Positions 1 through 13,400 of a stretch of 64,000 bases of DNA are shown here, piece after piece (the first letter of the stretch is position 1; every line of letters starts with the position of its first letter). The notes under the pieces were generated by a model. That model saw nothing but the letters and a program-made list of their open reading frames with translations. It was not told where the DNA came from and did no database searches. The stretch is from the NCBI GenBank assembly GCA_949358305.1, contig OX442314.1, positions 7,688,001 through 7,752,000 on the forward strand, given 5' to 3'. The DNA is from Strigamia acuminata. Taxonomy: Eukaryota. A program made the translations under genes and the position numbers.

Positions 1-339
1 CGACGTAGCACGATGTGCGTGCACAAAATCTAACACTTCGGTCAAAGATCTAAACTGGTTTGGGTTCAAACCGTGATCCTGACAAAATAATAGACCGCCT
101 CGGCCTAAATGAGAACCTTCAGGAATGCATTCCTCTTCTCCAGGCGGAGTAGGTTCACGTGGAGCCCTATTCTCTCCAGATGGTCCGGCTGTTTCATTTG
201 AAACGCCATTATGGACCGCGTGGTTTTCCACTTCTTCAGTTCCATTAGGAACAGGTATAAACCCGGATAGATTCATTCCACCGGTCAAACAAGTTCTTTC
301 CTTACCACGGGTGTTCATGTGATGCTGGTTATTAGTCAT
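1..339 (-). CDS. gag: Gag N-terminus of Gypsy-A (partial, runs off window)
   Basis: ATG at 339 gives MTNNQHHMNTRGK..., near-identical to Gypsy-D gag starting at 45462. Confidence 0.85.
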   Translation of the reverse strand, partial: MTNNQHHMNTRGKERTCLTGGMNLSGFIPVPNGTEEVENHAVHNGVSNETAGPSGENRAPREPTPPGEEECIPEGSHLGRGGLLFCQDHGLNPNQFRSLTEVLDFVHAHRATS

Positions 340-1447
340 AACTAAACTTAAAACTAAGAAAATTTCCTAAGTCTGAGAGATAACGATGAAGTTGCAAACG
401 TTCAGGAGGATCGCAAACGAAGCAGTGGTCACACTAGTTCAAAGGGAAGTAAGGGTACTTCGATACACCTCTCTGATTGGTCAAGTATCAACGCTAGTCT
501 CGCGAGAGTCCAATCTCGTCCGAGATTGGTGGAAATCATCAAGTTCGTGGAACCGTAATCTTGACGGATTCCAGTGTTACGACGTAGTCACCAAACAAAA
601 TGGATACTTCTTAAAATATTTTAAAATATCACCGCATTTATTAATAAATGAATGATCACCTTTATGGAATTTTTTAAAGTTTTAAAACTCGTAATTTCAA
701 AAGACGCGCCGATTCGTTTGAATCGACGGCTTTTCTGCACAACACGGGTTGCTAGGCAACACAACAGCGAGAATTCTTCTTCGCTAAAATTCGAGTGGTA
801 TTCCATTCGTAAATTTCGATTTCAATGGCTTGAGATCACGATTTTTAACCAACAATTTAATGTAGATCAAGTCTGTAAAATAAGGTAAACCCACTTTGAA
901 ATAAAATATAAATTTTAATTCCTTTGAAAAACGTCAATTTTCTTTCTAATTTATTTAGGCAAATAAATTTAGGTTTAACTTGAAGTCTCAAGCAAAATAC
1001 ATGTGAAAAACATTTCTAAAAATAAAACAACTGTTAAATTGATAGAATTCTTTAAGAATTCCATCAAAAGTCAACTTTTCAAAATTAGGCCCGACCGCGT
1101 GGTTTGGTCAGATCGTCGATGACAAAATGACGTTACCCGGGCGGAACCAACTTCAACAAGTTCGGGCAAGATTTTTCCGTTCTTGGGGTTAGGCCTTTAG
1201 GCCTGACCACGCGGTAGAAATTATTATTTTGTTAAAACAATCAATCTCTACTGCGGAGAAAACAGAATAAAGTGAGTGACACTTATTATCTTGCGAGAAG
1301 TTCTAAAACAGCATAAAATATATTAAACACATATAAATTTCAAACGAAATTTATTTTTTACACACAAAAATCACCATAAACGTTATACTACTCGAATTCA
1401 CCATAGACATACAAAACTTCAAATTTTATTTAAAATTTGGCAGCCTA

Positions 1448-1464
1448 TCTCGGTAGAACCTCCA
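1448..1464 (-). promoter_or_regulatory. Primer binding site, tRNA-Gln
   Basis: Minus strand TGGAGGTTCTACCGAGA, 2 nt from the LTR, complementary to the ...TCTCGGTAGAACCT-CCA 3' end of tRNA-Gln. Confidence 0.85.
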
Positions 1465-1466
1465 CT

Positions 1467-3213
1467 TGTGACGATTCTACTTTCAGGGCTGATTTATTAG
1501 TCCAATTGAGATAGATAATTCGGTTTATACAAGACGTTGCTAAGTTTAGCAACAACCTAACCGAGATAAGCTACGGAAGTCTTTATAAACATGGCACGTG
1601 ATCGAATAGAAATAACTTACAGTTTTAGTGTGACATAACATATTTATTACTAAATATTAACGACAAATGATGGGTTCTTGACGCGTGTAAACGGGCGGCA
1701 TCAACTGGTTGAGGATCCGGGCGAAGCCAGAGGGGTACGGCTGACTTGCGGCATCGTCACAAATATCGCTACGGAGACGTATTTGGTCCGCAGCTCGAGT
1801 ATCTAATAATGCGAAGAGTCCTTCGCATAAGTAGGAATATTCAGCAGAATATTCCATGTTCCAAATGAATAAAAGTAAAGTAATTAGTGGAATACAACAA
1901 ATGCATTGTTGTATAAATATTAATTGGGCGGGGACCGTCACGACAATTGAGAGAACGTCGCGGGAGTTGTTGAGACTCCATCCGCCAGCATGCCTTACGA
2001 CGACAAGATCTCGTGATCAGGCGCCGAGTATTTAATTGTGTGCTTTAACTCGCTATCGGTGGTACCAACCACCAGGTAAACATTTCTATGGACTTACCGG
2101 TATGAAAAGATATTGCCAATACAGGATTACCAATGCCCGAGTAATTTGTTTAACACAGTGTTGTTCAACTCCTGTTCACGGGTTACTAACCCGGAGGGTA
2201 CGATGGGGCGGGGACCGTCACGACGGTCGAGAGAACCATCGCGGGAGGTTTTGACACCTCCATCCGCCAGCATGCCTTACGATGGCGAGATCAGCAGATC
2301 GAGCACCGGGTAAAATATTATTTGGCCACTGCCGTTGGATTACCATTATCCAGGTAAGTTGTTTTATCGCAACATCTTTAGATATTACTCACGGGCTACC
2401 AACCCGGCGTGTTACCTGTGCATTAAGCCTTTACCGACTTTTAACGAGCGGAAGGACCAATCGTAGAAAGACGGGAACCTGCGTGGGCTGTTTACAACAA
2501 CCATCCTGCAGCGGACTGTGGCCAGTTAGCTGAGGGACCTACTTTCATTTAGCAAGGTCGTACTGTATACGACCGTTATATTAAGCCACCGTACGAAGTC
2601 CTACTGTCCCGTAGAACAGCTGGCTAACGTTACGGGGCCATTTCATGCGAATGCATGTCTATTACCGGAGTTGGCCTTCCCGAAATAGCCCTACAACAGC
2701 AATAACAAAATAGTAATGAATACTAACTGTGGAGAGCTGAGGTGGCCTGATGTGTCGATAGAGAATAATGAAATCAAACGATAACAATTCAACTACAGAC
2801 AATATACAAGTTCAGTTATCAAGCCAGGGGATGGGAGAGTGAGAAACTGGAGCTTATATAGTTCTGTAGAACTACTAGATTGGCGACAGCCAATCAGCGT
2901 ACGAATCGGCGGATTCGTGGGTCACTAGTCCGGACCTAATATATGACTATGTCCAGATGGGCCCAGTTGGGGTCCGGAAGGGTCCAATTGGTTCCCTTCG
3001 ACAGGTAAGTAATGTGGATATTGATTCGATGGAATCAACATCATTAAGTAATTAATACTTAATTCATTGAATAAAATAGTTATATTTTATTCACCGTGTC
3101 TTAAATAATTATTTATCACACTTTTTAGTTTTAACCGAGTTTGGAATACGCGCGTTGGTTAAACAGCGCCATCTATGGTGAACATTGATAACTATCGATT
3201 TGTAATCATCACA
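1467..3213 (-). repeat. 5' LTR of Gypsy-A (1747 bp)
   Basis: Termini TGTGACGATT...AATCATCACA; homologous to 34047-35791 and 46584-48301; minus-strand TATATAAG at 2860-2853. Confidence 0.93.
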
Positions 3214-3674
3214 CCGTTAATGATTATATCAATAGACGAATGTGTGTAAGTTGGTTTTCAGCGAAAGAAAACATCAATGTGTACTTCAATCTTTCTTGGC
3301 TAGTTTTGAGAATAAAAATCCTATGAATTTTTCAATTATCTGCTAATCGACATATGGTAACTATGACAACTGTAATTGATAATTGATTCTGATGTTAAAT
3401 TTACATTTAAAAAAAATATGACATTTAAACTAAATATATTTAGTTTAAATGTCATGTTTACTTTCATACTGTATGAAATTAAAAGTAAATATGACTTTAA
3501 ATGACTTTATGATTGATTTTTACTCTCACTGTGACAGGTAGAAAGTGGTATTTATTAATATCACAGCCGAGTTACGAGAATTATCGATCGAACCCGCATT
3601 TGTCAATGCTCTATTCCGCCACTAGATGGCGCAATCGCAAACCAGCGGTAAATTCGTATCGCGAATGAAAAATG

Positions 3675-4252
3675 GTGTACAGCGTTGCCAGCGTCTAAGG
3701 CTGCCAGCGTTTATATTTCTAGCATTTTTTGAATATATTTTTTTTTTGCCAGCTTATTGTTATTAAGCGTTTTAAATATTTATTAAAATCTGTTTATATT
3801 CAGTTTTTTGCCAGCCTTGTTATTGCCAGCGTTTTTTCTGCCAGCGTTTCTATTTTGCCAGCGTTTTGAGCGCCAGCGTTCGTTTTTGCGTTACGTACAC
3901 GTCGCGTACAACGATGATTTGCGACTGAAAGCAGGCGATGCCGTCAGGGAGGTTTTGCGACCGGATACGACTTTAGCCCACATTCCGGCGTCAAATTCAA
4001 TTATTTATCTAATATTTGGGATTGGAATCGAAGTTGTTATACTTAGAGATGTTTGGGGGGCCGGGGAATGCGGAATTAAGGAGCGAGATTATTTAATTTA
4101 TTACACGCTAAATACAATTGACGCTGGCAACAATAAACGCTGGCAACATCAGAAGCTGACAAAGTATTATTAAAAAAAAAATATTAATAATAATAAAATG
4201 ACGCTAAATTACGAGAAGCTGGCGAATTTAAACGCTGGCACAACCACGACCC
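3675..4252. mobile_element. Non-autonomous Mutator/foldback-like element
   Basis: 9-bp direct repeat TGAAAAATG at 3666-3674 and 4253-4261; many GCCAGCG motifs in the left half and inverted CGCTGGC motifs in the right half. Confidence 0.65.
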
Positions 4253-5916
4253 TGAAAAATGTGTAGATAAATATAAAACTATATTTATTAGACTGAAACA
4301 AAGCTCAGATAACATTAATATAAATATATACTGTATTAATGTCTATTGTTGTTGAAATACGATTTAATCTCTTTTTCTGCAGAAAAGGAAATGTAACGAA
4401 TCAATCGATCATTTGATTGATCTGATTGGTGGAACCTACTTCCGGTCCTGGATATCCAGTTCTGATTCTAATGAGGATTTGCATATTCTGGATTATGCTT
4501 CCCATATCCACTTCTGGTGATACAGGATTGGTGGGATTCATGGAACACGTGTTCCAATTGGGTAATTGGCCCAACCCTTTAATCCCGTCAGGGTATATAT
4601 ACCCGAACATTATTTGATTTTGGTTGTTGGTATTTGGTGATGATGAAGTGAATTTGGTATTCGGTGTATTTTCTTTTGGTTAAACCATTTGGTTTCTTGT
4701 TGATTTATTCGCAAGGAATCGTTGCCTGATTCTACAGAATCATGCAGTCGACCAATTGAAGGTGCAGGTCTGGATACTAATGTTTCAATCAACGATCCCG
4801 CCGAGGAGAACCTGGCTCTGTGCACTTCAGTATCCTCCGGGCAGGACAGAGTGGCCATTTGCGGTACAAAAGCATCTTGTTACCGCCAGTAGCACTGGAG
4901 ATTATGAGAATTGGTTTCATCACCTGATGGTGCCAAAGTAGTCTGCAAGCAGTAACCATGAGTAGCACCAAGTGTTTGGCCAGCTGATTCTTATGATACT
5001 TTGATGTCAAAGCAGTCAGTTTGTTATTAGTACCACGAAGGGCTAAACTGCTGTGTGGAGCCGCGAGCTATCGATTCCTGTGTATGTGGTACCGTAAACC
5101 ACTCGTCACTCGATGGACAAACGGGCTGCTACGCAGGGGACGCTTGATACCATTCTGCATGGCAAGGCGATTCTATCAACGGCAACTGTGTGATTGCGAC
5201 CGGAAGTCTAATCATTATTTTATCAGCAAACAATATTAACTTGAATACAAGTTAAACAATTAAGTCGGAAGACTTAATTACTTTACATTGAATCCAATGT
5301 AACAATAAATTGGCATAATTTATTAGCGAAACATCTAAAGAAATCACAACAATTACGAATTAAATATAATTCATAATTGTAATATTGATAAGTAAATGAA
5401 TACATTTACTTACACCAATATCCTCCCAAAGTTGTGGCGGTGCACGAAAGTCAACCGCACCTCTCGGATCAATCCAAATCTATCGACGCACGATGATTTA
5501 CACGACAAACCAGGACAGCGAAGCCGACTCAGACTTGGAGACGCAGCCAGACCGGCCACGGTGACATCTTTGCCTGTTGAGCGGTACATTCAGACCGTTC
5601 CCGAATCCAGGAGCCACGGACACCTAATGATATTATTTCAGGGCTATTACAGCCAACTTATTGTATAGTTTAGAAGTGATTTAACTTGCCAAATGTCGGC
5701 ATTAGTCTTATATACATATAATTTAGTATTGATTCTATTGTTGATAACAATAAACTGTAGTGTTTTGATAACTCTTTTGTCTCGTATTTATCTCTTGTAA
5801 TTTATTCACTTGTATGCGATCTATACTCGGTACTAGCAAAGCTAGGAGTTGTGGTCGTCACCGCCACATCACTTGCTAGGCAAATAACTCTGCAGAGTTT
5901 AAAAGGGTAATAAAAA

Positions 5917-6504
5917 TGTGACTAGATATGGTTTTACCCACTGCAGTATGGGGATTTATTACAATGGGCGGGTCGCATACTCATGTAAGAATGAGATAGG
6001 GACTCCAGATTCTGGGATTTTGGCCTTTAATCCGTTGTCTAGAGGTTGGAGTCTCCCATCTCTCTTGTGTGGCAGTGCTATTAGGCACGCTACTGTACAC
6101 CAGCAACCAGCCCATCATACACAGTAGTCCCATGGATGATGTGGTCGGTTACTCTGGACGAACATTCTATCGTACTCATCTAGTACAATCCATGTAGCCA
6201 CTCATGGAGGCTGCAACAGGCCCCAGGCCATGTTACTGAGCATCACAGTGGTGAATGGTGAGAGGAGCAGAGTCAGCAGCAGGTAGGGTTGCCTCTGCTA
6301 GCATTGGGACCGTTACTGCACATACTTCTCTCCCTCCTACCACATGTCCTTCATCTTTGCTATCCCAGCAACGTCTCTCTCACCACACCACTCAGCTCCC
6401 TTTACCCCAGCTAAGCCAGTCCACTCCACAAGGTGAGATGGCCTTCGGGCCACTAGGCGGTGTGTGGAGTGATACAGGTCACCAATTGTGGCCAAGCGGT
6501 CACA
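5917..6504. mobile_element. Solo-LTR-like repeat (same family as 48948-49479 and 59785-60303)
   Basis: TGTGAC...GTCACA termini; shared internal blocks such as CCATGTAGCC..TCATGGAGGCTG and TGTTACTGAGCATCACAGTGGT. Confidence 0.7.
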
Positions 6505-7336
6505 AAAGGATTTTCTGATGTGAATGCCTCAGCATTCAATCAGAAGCTCACCCCTCCTTTTGTGTTTCTTAACTACCTGAAAGATTAACTAAGCTTAATT
6601 GTAATTTAGCGGCTTCCTGTTGCAAGAAAGTGCATACCCTGGGTAAGATTCTTAGATTGAACATTGCTCCAATAGGAACACTGGTCACCAAAATACCTCC
6701 AATCCAATGAAACATGTGACGATTCTAACTTTGGCTGAATAATATTACCTTTTAAGATAACTTAACCTACCAAATAAGCTAAACATGTGCGCTAACAAAT
6801 AAGTGAAACTGAATAATGCGTAGTTCACACTTGAACCACTAATGTAGAAGTTGTGACTTTTAGAAAGTCTAATTTCTATTTCTGGACTGTTCACATTTAT
6901 TCATTAGTCTTGTAGAAATCAGTAATGCAATAATGCAATAACGCAAAAATGCTGGTAGATTGTTTGATTGGGGCTAGAAAGAAATACTGAAAGGTAGGGG
7001 TTTGTTTTTCTACTTGTAGCTAATGATCCAGCACAGATAGAAACTTCTACTTTTTTTTAAAAGAAAGAGGGACGCCGGTTTAGTAAACTCACATGTTTTT
7101 TAAATTTGTTTTCCACATTACAAGTTGATAAATTTGGGGCTGAAAAAAAAGTGTGCAATCTTGTTTCCACTCTATCTATACCATCGAAATGCATTTTTTT
7201 TCATATGTCACGAACCATTAGAGCTAGGATAGAAGTTGGGCTTTTTTTAAAAAAAAAGATTCGGGGGTTCAATTTAAAGATAGGACAAAATCTCGAAGAG
7301 TCCAATTGGTTTTCTTCACAGGTAAGTATAAACAGT

Positions 7337-7383
7337 AATAAATAGTATAAATAGTATAAATAGTATAAATAGTATAAATAGTA
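7337..7383. repeat. 9-bp tandem repeat (TAGTATAAA)n
   Basis: About 5 consecutive units. Confidence 0.85.
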
Positions 7384-7959
7384 ACATTGATCAAGTTCAC
7401 ACTAAATTCAGAAGAATAACTTGATAAGAAGTTACTAGTAATATATTATATCTACTTGTAAATAACATATTATCAAGTATATAAAATGTATAAAACTTTA
7501 ATTTTATATATTTAATCAGTTTAATAAAATTCATTTTCAAATTCACTGCTAAATAACTAAGAGCAACATCTATTGGTGAAATTAGCCATTTATTTAATAC
7601 GACGCCATTATCGTTACAATTTGTTTTGTTGAAAATAAACCTATTTGTTATTATGAACATAAAATCACGTCTCCAAAAGAATTCCATATGTTATGTATTG
7701 CAATGCGCCATTTTTACTCATTAAACTTGACAAACAACTTTTGACAATATTGTATCGCGGGTTGCTAGGCTACCATTGCCTAGTAACCTCGCTCATCCTT
7801 ATAATAAATAAAGCAGACGTCGTGTAAATTCCTATGCGAGTAAACTTTTTTTCTGTAGGTTTAGCCCTAGAACCCAACATTCTAATGAAGTTTGGTATAC
7901 GCCCGTCCGATGTGTAGCAATCACATCTGCTACACCGTACACAGGTAATTTTTCATTTT

Positions 7960-8652
7960 ACATTTAGATTAAACTTTTCAAGAAACTGCAGCTTCATAGA
8001 TTGGATTTACTTTGAAAATAGAAATTATATACCAAATCTGGTAAATTATTCATGAAAAGATAATAAAATAAAATAATTAATCAAATATTTTGAATTTAGA
8101 TTAAACTTATTCAAGAAACTGCAACTTCATAGATTGGATTTTCTTTGAAATAAGAAATTGTATACCACACCTAGTAAATTATTCATGGTTCGATGATAAA
8201 ATAGAATAATTAATCAAATATTTTGAATTTAGATTAAACATATTCAAGAAACTGCAACTATCCGTAGATTAGATTTTTCTTTGAAATTAGAAATTCTATA
8301 CCACATCTGGTAAATTATACATGGTTAGATTATAATACAAAATAATTAATCAAATATTTTGCATTTTGATTAAACTTATTCAAGAATCTGCAATTTCATA
8401 AATTGGATTTTCTTTGAAATTAGAAATTGTATACCGCATCTGGTAAATTATTCATGGTTAGATTATAATAGAAAATAGAAAATATAGAAAAACCTATTGA
8501 AACTACATTTCAATAGATCTGATTTCTTTTTGGAAATCAAAAATTATGCAGTTACTTTGTCTGGTCACTTTAGTGCCACTCTCGAGGTCACCAACTGAAG
8601 AAACGGTAAGTCTTTCTGACGTCGTTTTTGAGACAAATGTAGCTGTGATAAG
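7960..8652. repeat. ~133-bp minisatellite (about 4 units) plus unique tail; second copy at 55580-56152
   Basis: The unit TTAGATTAAAC..TTCAAGAAACTGCAACTTC... recurs near 7963, 8096, 8229 and 8365; the tail 8480-8652 matches 55980-56152. Confidence 0.85.
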
Positions 8653-8698
8653 ATAATACTGGATTCTTGCTTGACTGAATAATTCAGTAGAAAAGTAT

Positions 8699-9516
8699 TG
8701 TCGCGTCCTACCTGGTGATAGGTTTAATGAGCTAACGTGTATTACTTTACCTGTGATTCTACTAAATATGTAAATTACCCAAATGAATACTAAGTATATT
8801 TAAATGAACAAATAGGTTTATTCAATAGGCGTAAGCCTTAAAATACACTCAGTATAGAACTAGAGTCGACTTGGTCAGAGTCGAACAAAGGATTTCCCAA
8901 GATGGCGTCGTCGGTTCCGCGTGGTCGGCGGAACAAAGGCGGCGTCTCGAGTTGTCGTAAATTCGTCACGGATTCGTCGTTCACGGACGCGGTGGAATGC
9001 TCTTTCGAGTCTTCTATCCGTGCCTGTTGTCTAGGGGTTGGTTTTAGCGTCGCAAGGCTCTGTCCAGAAACGTGGAGTTTCTTACAGCGCGCTCGGACAC
9101 TTCGCAATGGAAATAATCGTGGGTCGATTATTTGGTGTGAATTCACAAGGGTTAGTTTCCTGCTTTCGCGGGAAATAAACGCACAGTGTAAATTCGTGAG
9201 AGTTACAGTTGCACTGGAATCAGCGGTCCTCGATCAATCCTAACTTTTGGTGGAGTTGGCCTGACGGTGAGGTAGTTGCTGTGTTCTTGGTGTCGTTTGT
9301 GTAAGTTCTGTTCTTAGGGCGCGAAACTCTACCTGATATAGGCCAGGGTGAGGGGCCTGGCTCGGCCAATGGGGGCCGTCCACGCATCACCTCACCCCCT
9401 CGGGGCACGCGCTTCCCAGGGGGGGAAGGCGGAGCCAGCGCGAGGGAACTGACCTTTCTTAGTGACTCATGCGGATGGCGTCCACTGGAGGGACGACCAC
9501 CCGCGGGGTCACCACA
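8699..9516 (-). repeat. 3' LTR of Gypsy-B
   Basis: TGTCGCG...ACCACA; one visible mismatch to 32859-33676 (GGGGGAAGGC vs GGGAGAAGGC). Confidence 0.95.
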
Positions 9517-9528
9517 CGTCCCTCCCCC
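9517..9528 (-). promoter_or_regulatory. Polypurine tract of Gypsy-B
   Basis: Minus strand GGGGGAGGGACG immediately before the 3' LTR. Confidence 0.85.
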
Positions 9529-10450
9529 AGCTTCGATCATCGATCGGGGCGATTACTGTAGGACACTCGCCAAAATATTCATAAACGCAGTGGAAATAAT
9601 AAAATACCCGATATATGAATGTCCTATCCAATAAATCGTCAAACGTCGGGCGGCGCGTCGTTAGGCTTTCCGGCGATGCGTATGCTCGGCGTCGTTTGCG
9701 TTGTGGAAACGTTCGCTCCTCGGGACGTGTATTCAACGTGAAATACAACGAAAATAAATATAAAGTTTTGTAAAATAAATGTACTCACATGTGATAATGT
9801 TATATTATCACATATTAACCAATGTGAAACCAATGTCTGGGTTTCACAATCCAAGCTGTGTTCAAATGTAGTTGAATCTTAAATGTAATGTCCAAAACTG
9901 TTAGTTTTCCATGTCTAGAAAATAGGTGAAGTTGGTCCAATCTGGGCCTATTTTCATGAATGTATAATGAGGTGTCTGGCAGAAGAAAAACACACGTACA
10001 CGGTTGAAAACTAAAACAGAATGAATGACTTTTATTCTGGTGACGTCATTGAATTTACACACAGTACAAATCTTATGACAAAACGAAAAAGGTAATAAAT
10101 AAAGATACAATCTCTCACCACGATGATGTCATTGCTTTGACATCATCACCACAGACTAACACGTTACGAGAACGTTAACACATTGCGTGTGGCGCCCTCG
10201 TACCGCATACAAGCAACAACACTATAACATTTTACATCAAATAAGCCGAAATTCATCCAGTTTATACAATAAACTATCAGCATATATCAAACCATTTACT
10301 GATACAAATATGCTTTCACAATTTCGACTTAAGACTCTAAATTCTCGTATCGAAACAATGTTATACAATTCAATTATCAGATTTTAACGTCTAACAATTA
10401 TCTCTTTATGTAACAATCACCTCCTTAAATGTTACACGATATATCTTGAT

Positions 10451-13400
10451 TCAAACATCCAACATATCTGCACACAAGTCTTTTAACCGGTCCTGAGGCA
10501 GCCACTTTGTGAACAAATCTGCTAAATTCCATTTTGTCGGAATTTTCTCAATTGAGAAATACTCTTTCTCGAACCAGTCTCTTAAGAAGCAATAGCGTAT
10601 TCGGATATGTTTAGTTTTAGAATTTTCAAGATCATTTTCCACAAATTGTATCGATGACAACGAATCCGAATACACTATTGGCATATTAATATAATCAAAA
10701 AGCACACAACTTTCGAATATGCTGGATAGCCAATATCCTTCCTGGACGGCGTGAACTAGCGCCAAATATTCCGCTTCCATAGTACTGCACGCCACGGAAC
10801 TTTGTTTCCGACAACCCCAACTAATGAGGGCGTCGCCCATAAACAATGCAAACCCCCCAAAACTTTTGCAGTGATGGAGATCCGTCGCCCAGGAAGCATC
10901 GGTGTAAATGCGCAAATCCGTATTAGCGCATTTCGATAAATTAACACAATAATTTTTTGTATTCACAACGTATTGAGCAATTTGTACAAGAGCCTTGACG
11001 TGTTTTTGAGTGTAGCTTGTGTTAAATTGGGACATGTATATTGTGGAATATAAAATGTCCGGCCTTGTCCTGGACGCGAGGAACATCAAACTCCCAACCA
11101 GCGATCGATATGGAAAGTCTGAGTTCGGATCAACTTCTTTAACATTGTGATTAAACGTTGACCCGGCTGCAATGGGAACTCTCACTTTAGTATTTTCAGT
11201 CAAGTTGAATTTCACAGCCAACTTATCTATGAAATGCTTCTGGTGGAGGCATACCTTCCCATTCTCACGATAAAATTTCACACCTAGCAATTTTGTGATC
11301 CGACCCAAGTTCACAATGTTGAATTTTCGTTTAATGAGGTCAATTAGGGCGCTCTGGGTTTCCACATCTTTTGCAAACAAAATCATGTCGTCCACGTATA
11401 TCAAGAGGACGGCACTGCGATCAAAAGTGTAAACGCAATTGCATCCAATCACTTTGGTGAAACCCAAATCCAGCAGACTGGTATTTAACTCCTCGAACCA
11501 CATCCTGCCGGATTGGTGTAATCCGTACAATGATTTGTACAGGAGCCAAACATTGTCCGTTCCCGGTGTTTTGAATCCTTGCGGGATCTCCATATGTATG
11601 GGACAATCTAATTTGCCGTAAAGGTACGCGCATTTGACGTCCAGATGGACGTCGACCCAGCCACGCAAGATCACCAGTAAACAGAAAAACAGTCGGATTA
11701 ATGTGAAATTTACGACCGGCGAGAACACTTCGGTGTAGTCCACACCTTGCGTTTGTCTAAACCCTTGTGCGACTACCCTCGCACGATATCTCACAATATT
11801 GCCATCTTCGTCTGGTTTCAACTTGTATACCCATTTGTGACCCAAGACCTTGGCCTTTGGTCGTGGTACCTCCTCGTACACTTCTCTTTCTTGTAATGTT
11901 TCAATCTCCTCTTCCATCGCCTCTCTCCATTCTTTAGATTGAGGCGAGGAAGCCGCCTCCTCGTATGTTTTGGGCTGCGTGACAGCACAATACACGCTAA
12001 TGGGAGGCGTCGTTGCTGTGAGGACCGTTTCCATTGGTTCCTCATCGGATGATTGCTCAATTGTATTGATGGGCTCCTTCACTGGGGTGAAATCGAATTT
12101 TAAAGGATTGTAGAAGATTCTATTCCCCCTGCAGAAAGCCTCGACTTCTTTCTTTGTCTTCAAAGGCCCTGTGCCATCAGGTGCGTAAAACAGCACATCA
12201 ATTCTCCCAGCTGTTACACCTCCTTGCCTGGTCACTTGCTCCCTATCCCACCCATCTGCATCTGTGGTTCGGGTGGCAATTCGAGGTTTCTTAACTTTTG
12301 CCCCCCCTTGGACTGGCTGTGTGGGAATAGGCGCTTGGGCCATTGGTCCCACTTGTGGTGGGACCTGCGCGAGGGGCGCTGGGACTTTACGCACAACGGG
12401 AGGCGAACCCGGTGGTGTAGTGGGTGGCATCGGATCATGGAATTCCTGTTGATACAACCCACTCTCATCCGAATCGTAACCATTTGTATCCAAATCTGGT
12501 TGTTGAACATTTATGTCCACAGCATTAAAGGACTTCCAGTCCCTGGACTCATCAATGACTAAATGTTTTGTTTCGACTACCTCATTTGTAATTGGATTCC
12601 AAACCCTATAACCCCTTGTAGTGAATGCATACCCCACCAGTATGCCCTTCCATGCTCTTGAGTCGAGTTTGCTAGCTCTTTTGGGTTTGGGAATATGTAC
12701 GAAATATAACGAGCCAATTGCACGTAAATGCTTCACTGCCATGCTTCTTTGTCTGAATTTAATGTAAGGAATTTGTCCCTTCGCAAATAAATGTGGATAC
12801 CTGTTCTTTAAATAAATGTAGCTGACAGCCAATTCTGCCCACAAAATCCACGGCAAATTTGTATCCTCAATTATTGCGCGCACATTGTTTAATATTGAGC
12901 GGTTTAATCGCTCCGCAATGCCGTTCATTTGTGCTGAGTACGGGTTTGTTCTTTGGGCACCAATGCCCTTTTGTTGCAGAAAAGAATCAAATTCCTTGCT
13001 GCAAAACTCCCCACCCCGGTCCGTTCTGATTTCATGCACCTTTCTATTCGAACGGCGCTCAACGCGCGCCAAGAACGTTTTGAAAATTGGAAAAGCCTCG
13101 TCCTTCGTTTTCATAGGATAAACCCACGAGAATCGCGTTGCATCATCCACAATGCACAACAAATAACGTGCACCACCCAGTGATGTTGTGGGGTTGGGCC
13201 CCCACACGTCTATATGCAACAATTCAAGCGGTTCCCCACGCTCGCGATCATCTCTAACTTTGTAATTAGCACGGGTTGATTTTGCAATTCTGCATGAATC
13301 ACACGCAAAATTGTTTAGATTTCCCGTGAAATCTAATCCCGTGGTCTCCTCACTTTTCAACAACGTGGCTAGCCCCTGAACATGCATGTGGGCAAAACGC

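Larger units (their letters stand above)
1..3213 (-). mobile_element. Gypsy-A LTR retrotransposon, 5' portion (5' LTR, PBS, leader, gag start); same family as Gypsy-D
   Basis: 1-3213 aligns by eye with 45125-48301; it has a TG...CA LTR and a tRNA-Gln PBS; the rest of the element lies left of the window. Confidence 0.93.

Noticed and set aside
1920..2300. Hammerhead ribozyme in the LTR multi-stem module
   Set aside because: The CTGANGA and GAAA core was not found at the junction on either strand
4400..5670. GC-richer stretch with several short ORFs on both strands
   Set aside because: Stops in all frames tried, no recognisable motif and no consistent exon chain; possibly an old TE remnant, but not assignable
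6715..6760. TGTGACGATTCTA, identical to the Gypsy-A/D LTR terminus
   Set aside because: Only about 13 bp match; no matching other end, PBS or TSD found
7960..8480. Regularly spaced repeats as a possible CRISPR array
   Set aside because: Whole ~133-bp units repeat without unique spacers; eukaryotic context and no cas genes
8838..10387. Short ORFs inside LTRs (duplicated at 14942-15778 and 32998-33754)
   Set aside because: Their duplication simply reflects LTR identity; no motifs
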